Origin: Octopus vulgaris
Lineage: Eukaryota
Length of the DNA stretch: 64,000 nt
Direction: 5' to 3'
Assembly: GCA_951406725.2 (NCBI GenBank)
Contig: OX597820.1
Coordinates: forward strand, 83,390,001 to 83,454,000
Part shown: positions 57,335 to 64,000 of the stretch, one piece after another
Layout: every line of letters begins with the position of its first letter
How positions within the stretch are numbered: the first letter of the stretch is position 1
Notes under the pieces: model-generated
The model's input: only the letters and a program-made list of their open reading frames with translations
Database searches by the model: none
Told to the model about the DNA's origin: nothing
Made by a program: the position numbers and the translations under genes

Positions 57335-57668
57335 GTATGTATCGGCTCTCCTAGGCATTAAAACTCTCCGACGAAACTCTATCTGTTCATCCTTTCAGGA
57401 CACTGAAGAGATGGAGCTAGCATGGAGGATATAATGACCTCTTGGCAGAAACGGGAACTGATCTTTAATATTTTACTCCTGTATGTATCGGCTCTTCTAG
57501 ATTTTAAAACCTTCTGACGAAGCCTGGAGGTACACTCAACCTCCAAACTCTATCTACTCATCCTTTCAGAACACTCAAGAGATGGAGCTAGCATGGAGGA
57601 TAGCATGGCCTCTTGGCAGAAACGGCCGTAGGGAACTGATCTTTTAATCTTTTACTCTTTTATGTATT
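57335..57668 (+). mobile_element. Tandem 146/180-bp units carrying a hammerhead motif with enlarged stem II (retrozyme/pLTR-like)
   Basis: gtatgtatcggctc starts at 57335 and 57481. Copy 2 reads CTGACGA(57514-57520)-a-gcc..[~90 nt]..ggc-a-GAAA(57619-57622)-c-ggcc-g-TA. Copy 1 has deletions in both core halves. Confidence 0.7.
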
Positions 57669-57985
57669 ACTAGTTTATATTTTTTACCACACAATCTTTG
57701 CATGTTTATGTATTCTTATAATACTCCCTTTTGTTTTGGAATAAATAGACATAATAGAATTCTACCGGTTGATGTATGTCATTTTCGTATCCCCCGAACT
57801 TTCTCTTTGCCGTATAAATTAAGGTTAAACCACTTTTTAACCCCACGCATATATGAGACTCGATTGCGAAATTGCCACGCGATAACCAGCACTTGGGTAT
57901 TACTAATTGGGAACATTACCAGCAGTATATCGGAAGCCAACCAGTTATGGTTCGCTTCCCAACCTCTAACTCTCATGGAAATGTA

Positions 57986-58075
<90 letters not shown>

Positions 58076-58089
58076 GCTAGCTAGCTAGA

Positions 58090-58148
58090 TGTGGTGCTCC
58101 AGCATGGCCGAAGTCAAATGACTGAAACAAATAAAATAATAAAAGAAT
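58090..58148 (+). mobile_element. SINE family B 3' tail fragment
   Basis: ggtgctccagcatggccgaagtcaaatgactgaaacaaataaaataataaaagaat. Confidence 0.75.
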
Positions 58149-58334
58149 ACACACACATGTATCCTGAGATAGAATGAGAGTAAGAGGAAGATATACAGAC
58201 TAACTGTATGAGAAATAGGCAAACAGAATCGTCAAACATTATGGTATTTTACGCGATCTTGTAAGAAACGAAAATCACTATCATGAGAATAGGGAGAATG
58301 GTCAACTAGTTCAAAGTCACAGTAACACACAGCA

Positions 58335-59217
58335 GTACACAAGGGCTTGTGTACTGGAGCATTGTCTTGAAAGAGCAAATCCCTTTTCCTCAGTTGTTCT
58401 GGACGTTTGATCGTGATAGCCTTTGGTAACTACTTCAGCAATTTGGAATCGTACTTTCCATTGATGGTGTGACACTTTTGAAGATTGTTAATAAACACCA
58501 AGCCTTTTACATCCAAAAAAACTAAGGCCATTATCTTCCCTGCAGATGAAACGGTCTTGGCCTTGCTTGAGGCAGGTCAGGAGGAGTGCTTCCTCTGCAT
58601 GACTTGTCTCTGGCTCAAAGTAGTAAACAAAACAACCATCCTGGATCGGGAATTTTTCCAGAAAACCGGCTCTATCTGTCTCAAACGAAGTTAGATTTTT
58701 CCCATGAGGTGTTCACCTCAATGTGCTTGATCAGGTGTCCAGAGATCTGGCACCCAGAAAGCGGAGATATCCGTCGTGCCAAGATCATGTTGCAGATTAT
58801 TCACAACTTTCACACAGAATATAGCATCGGCTATTTGATTTATAGCCACTCACCTTTTATCCATCAACATGTTTTGAACACTGGCGGCCGGTGCAGGATG
58901 TTCAGACCATTGTTCATTTTCAAGACTATCTCTTCCCCTTTTAAATTCAGATGCTAACGTTTGCAATACTGATGGATCTGGCAGTTCAAGCCCTAATGTT
59001 GTAGCCATGTCAGTATGAATATCATTGGGGTATGGACACTTTTCCAGTAGGTATTCTTTCACGAGACCTCGCAACTAATTACTTGTAGTTGATTTTGAAG
59101 TCCTTTTCTTAACAGTAAGATATCAGTTTATCTGTGAAATTTATGCATGCAAGATTCCACACGTCTATCGTCTCTTCTTCATAGTCGGCCTATGAATCTT
59201 TTAGTAAGTCGTCATAT
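58335..59217 (-). mobile_element. Mariner-family transposon, pseudogenised and 3'-truncated
   Basis: Minus-strand DIHTDMATTLG, SEFKRGRDSLENE, ARRISAFWVP-like, YYFEPET, PSAGKIMA and LFQDNAP motifs. A TIR-like end lies at about 59180-59217. Confidence 0.85.
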
Positions 59218-61595
59218 TGCGACTCACCGTCATAGAAAAGAAAAGACTAGATTATTGAGTTTACGTCAAGGTCAATGTAAAATCAACTATTTCATCTTGA
59301 TTTATCATTGCTATCCAAATCTACTTCTTGTTGCAAATCCTACTTTTGCTGTGTGTATCTTCGATGATCAGCATGGATGAAATAAAGGTGTGAAATAAAC
59401 TTGGCTATATTAGTTTCATTAAAGTGCATTCATGCCAGATTTATCGTAATACCATCTAAAATGAAAAGGAAGGCATATGGAATACATATAATCATGTAAG
59501 ACCCTGTTCTGATGAATCTTTGTTTCCCTTTATTTTGCATAGTTAATTTTGCCTGCAATATCATGTACATTTTGTAGATACATTTTTGATAAATCTCAGT
59601 TCTTGTGCCTAGCAATATATACATTCATATCTTTAGTCGAAACGCTTAACAATTTATTAGAAATGAGAGCGATAACCCCCCTCCCCCCAAAAAATAAAGC
59701 ACGTTATGGAAAAAGAGATTAAGAAAAAATTCAGGAACGTTACGAAAAATGTTATACTATTGATTGTTCCCTATGACATGTTATTTTCCTTATAACAAAC
59801 CGAATTAATAATTACAAAGATACACGCAATATGGAGTAATTTAAACTGAGTGTTTTACAAAAATATTTGGCATTACAGTAGCTTTGAAGGAAGAAATCTT
59901 ATAAAACCCATATGGACTTTAAACAAGAAATCTATATTACTTTTCTTGAATGTAGGTTTGAGAATATTGGTTGAGTTTATATACCAAATGAACTACTGGA
60001 TTGCCATTCTTGAAAATAGAACTAATTCAATTGCCGTGTCTACATAGGTTTTGCTAAGGTATTCCTGGAAATACATGGAGAAATAATGTTCGATATGTTG
60101 GAAAGAAAAAAAGCTTGCACTATATATGCTAAAGACAGCTGAACAATATGCTTGACATCTTTGAATATTGATAGAAAGAATGAAGGGGTTTCGAAACGCA
60201 CAACTTTTTATCTTTCGAAATAATTTTAAATCTTGATTTATTGCATTAATCACACCATACAAGCGAAAAGTACTGGATTGAAAAATGATAGAATGAGACA
60301 CGCGTGATGACAAGTTAGTAAATAACGAAAATAACATTGCATTTCACAACAACAAATGGGCCTTTCAGATATGTGCACTTCATAGAAAAGATTGTAAAAA
60401 GAGATTTAACACAATTACAGAATAAATTCGATATACTGAAACGAAAGCAAAATCTCATGAGAGTCTTATAAAAAAAATGTTTGTGTATAATATTGAGGGA
60501 TCCAGCTTGGTGATTCAATGAAAACACGCAGCAAGGATATCAATTCACATTATTAAATTTATTTTCTACAGCTAATATATAAAATTAAAATATTAATGTA
60601 ATAGTGCCAAATACAAATGCCGCTGTAATCAGTCTCGAAGTAGTACATGACAAATATTTTCCTCATCTGAATTCTCTACATAACGTGGGAAATTATGAAC
60701 GGTGCAGCGCGCACGTATGATAATTCTATATAAACTGGAATGTAGCCATAAAATTGTATTTAATAAAGAGAGTTAATATGACACCATGTGGAAGATTGGT
60801 TTAGACGTTTCACATTCCTGTACCAAAAGTGAATAAGTTCCTTTCTGGAAAAGAAATTACATTATTACACTGATGTAGGTTAGGCTTTGAAGCTCTCACC
60901 AATGTCCATATTGTGTAAATATCGCAATTTGCACACTATGAATAATTTCACATGGCATATTCATTATAACAATAATTGTCATTATTATTTGATGCTGTGC
61001 GTTGTAATTTCATGAAGACAAAGCTTATGTTAAAATATATTGGCTTTGTTATAGTATACATATGTTGCCAGCATAAACCTCATATCATTCTTACTTAGGC
61101 GTCAAAGGTACATGAAAATATAAGAAAGATTAGTATAAGTATAGACATCAATAGTCATTAGCCTTCATTTTCTCAACTATAGATTTCATGTCCAAATGTA
61201 AATAGCAAAGAACAGTTCTTCAAAATCTATTTTCAACGTGTGTGCCTCAAAATTTCAGTAATTTTACAATTTTCTCTTTCTTTGTCAACATAATACCATG
61301 TTAATATTATCCTTCAGGCAATGCTATTTTTGTTGTCATTACGTTGTTGTTGTTTCATTTCGTTTTTATAGCTACCTTAATGTTTTTTAATAGTTTCATT
61401 CATTGAACTAATGTGATACAGCCTACCGTAATGTTAGGCGATATGTATTACAATACTTATTGATCGTTATTAACTTCATTGCCATACAATACCATTATTT
61501 TTGTACGTCGTGTCGTTAGACGTGTTTCTAATAATGCTGATGTAATAAGGGTTATAGATATTGTTGAACTCCTGGAGAACTATTGTAATCTCATG

Positions 61596-61690
61596 AGCAG
61601 GCTAGTAATGAGTGAGATTAAATTCATTTGTAATTATAAGCCGAGGAACAGGCTAGTAATGAGCGAGATTAAATTCTTTGTAATTATGAG
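61596..61690. repeat. About 51-bp tandem duplication
   Basis: caggctagtaatgag(t/c)gagattaaattc(a)tttgtaattat occurs twice. Confidence 0.9.
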
Positions 61691-62892
61691 AGAAATATCT
61701 AGGGAAATACGGGAACTGGATTTTTGAAATATGCATGAAGCGTAAGAACATATAGTTTCAATCACTTGCCTAGCCTAGCTCTCACTGCTGCATTAAATAT
61801 GTTGCACATTAGATGTCAATGGTTGTCAAACAATGGCAGGTATTAACAAATCAGTTGATTTGAAGTACTATAGTCTGCAGGCATAGTTGATATTTTATGC
61901 TAAGATAAGTGTATTATGTTAATTGGTTGTAATTAATCAATGGCTGCATGCCCCAATAGTTGTGGACGGAATTAATGGCATAAAACAAATAGATTGAACT
62001 GAACGAATTATGTTACTGTTAAAATGGAAGTCAGAAAAACGAATTTAGCAAGTGTAATTGTAATAATATTAGTACTATTTTCAATAATCTTATCTAGGTG
62101 TAACACATTAAACATTAATACAGTAATAAGGAATTGTATCAGTGAGACATCTGATGTAAATTGAAATAAATAGCAAGGGCATACATTAAAAACAACACTA
62201 CACCGCAATGATTTCACATATTGGATGTAGAAAATCGTAGTTTACCTGTCACATGCTGGATTGTTACTTATTCTGTCGATGAGTGGATTCCAGCCCAAAA
62301 TGAATTTAGAAAATAAATATCAATAATCAAATCATCTTTTGGTCTCCTTAACGAAACCCCTAATATTCTAACTGTGTTTACACGTTTCATAAAGACATAA
62401 ATATTAACAATCCTGCGATTCGTAGTTCTTCCAAATATTTTCTGCTTTGATAAAACGTCCATAAAATCAAGAAAATTAGAACTCATATACATCCTCCATC
62501 GACATCATATCTGAATGCAAAATCTGAACAATCAACGTGTTATTTAACGTATTTTATGATATTTTTGATAAATTCTTAAAAAAATATAAGCAATAAATCT
62601 TTTTCGTAAAAATATCTTTAAATCCGGCATAGAAACATTTTGCTCATTCTGCAAAGATGTGAGTAAGACATTAAAACGTAGCTGCTTCTTTTTTTTAAGT
62701 CCAGGTTTTAAGGTGTGCTCATAAGGTTATTCTACAAGCCTTTAGAACGTAACGTGAATTCAGGTTGTCTGTTACGATATAAGTAAAATGTGGTTGTGGC
62801 GAATTGTGAAACAATACATACTCCACACTCAAACACGCATACTTTCACACATACAAGCACACACACACACAAATATATATATACATACATAC

Positions 62893-63020
<128 letters not shown>

Positions 63021-63103
63021 AATAATAAAAGGGTGTCTAGGATAACTCATATCAGACGGGTATGTTCGATTTTTAGTACTCTCAAATTTAAACCTAACCA
63101 AAT

Positions 63104-63187
63104 CTTGGGCTGATGAGGGAAATGTTGATAGGAGTATGTATTTCTAGCATCTCTATATCTAACTAATCCAGAAACAGCGTTCTCAAG
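63104..63187 (+). ncRNA. Type I hammerhead motif with long stem II; predicted cleavage after U63181 (GUU)
   Basis: cttggg-CTGATGA-g-gga..[~46 nt]..tcc-a-GAAA-c-agc-g-TT-ctcaag. Stem I is 6 bp with one G-U pair. Confidence 0.65.
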
Positions 63188-63686
63188 TAATCGATATACG
63201 TGTGATCTTTCGTTATTTTTCCCTCTATACCTACGTGAATTATTTCTGAATATACATTGTCTGGGAGATTTTTCTTATAGTAGAGGAAAGAGCTAAATTT
63301 TTGGGCTGCTATTTCTAAAAGTTCGGTATGTGGTAAAGTAAATTTTTTTACTGAACCCTAATTATATAACGTAATGTTTTGAATATACCGTAAATGGTAT
63401 TTTTAAATACTGAACACTACTTGGTAAAATTATTAATTAATAATTAATTAATTTTACCCTTTTATTATTGACAATATAATTCTCTCTCCCTGATAATAAA
63501 CTACAGATCCCTCTGTAGCGATTTGTTGCTCTATAACTTACGTGGGTGGACGGGGATGGATACAAAGCCTCTTTCGTACTTTTTGAATTCGTTAGTACTG
63601 GCGGTCGAAGATGATTTGTCTAGGATTACTCATATCAGACGGGTATGTTCGATTTTTAGTGCTCTCAAATTTAAACCTAACGAAAT

Positions 63687-63770
63687 CTTGGGCTGATGAG
63701 GGAAATGTTGATAGGAGTATGTATTTCTAGCATCTCTATATCTAGCTAATCCAGAAACGGCGTTCTCAAG
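63687..63770 (+). ncRNA. Second copy of the hammerhead motif; predicted cleavage after U63764
   Basis: cttggg-CTGATGA-ggga...tcca-GAAA-c-ggc-g-TT-ctcaag. Confidence 0.65.
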
Positions 63771-63961
63771 TAATCGATGTACGTGTGATCTTTCGTTATT
63801 TTTCCCTCTATACCTACGTGAATTATTTTTGAGTATACATTGTCTGAGCTAAATTTTTTGGGTGCTATTTCTAAAAGTTCGGTGTGTGGTAAAGTACATT
63901 TTTTTTACTGAACCCTAATTATATAGCGTAATATAAAAAGAATATATATATATATATATAA

Positions 63962-64000
<39 letters not shown>

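Noticed and set aside
62244-62512. Candidate exon/ORF on the minus strand (62268-62492) with nearby splice-like signals
   Set aside because: There are stops near the putative acceptor and before the donor, and no recognisable domain.
63050-63062. Short match (atcagacgggta) between the 63-kb element and the (TAA)n element
   Set aside because: Too short and not extendable; compatible with chance.

Overview
AT-rich, microsatellite-dense animal DNA. The SINE families and repeat landscape suggest an octopus or other coleoid cephalopod (inference). I found no intact host gene; almost all listed ORFs are microsatellite read-through artefacts. The window is mainly decayed mobile elements: at least four tRNA-derived SINE families, four mariner remnants, Tc1 and maT-like remnants, an eroded R4/Dong-type non-LTR retrotransposon, the 3' end of an RTE-like LINE, and three copies of a non-coding element sitting in (TAA)n. 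The most notable signal is a set of hammerhead-ribozyme (HHR) motifs of the Penelope-pLTR/retrozyme type, mostly inserted in or next to TA microsatellites. (i) An intact minimal type I HHR lies at the apex of a 134-bp near-perfect inverted repeat (28965-29336). (ii) A retrozyme-like partial tandem has two HHRs 583 nt apart (63018-63935). (iii) Several further HHR motifs occur, some with a greatly enlarged, branched stem II.
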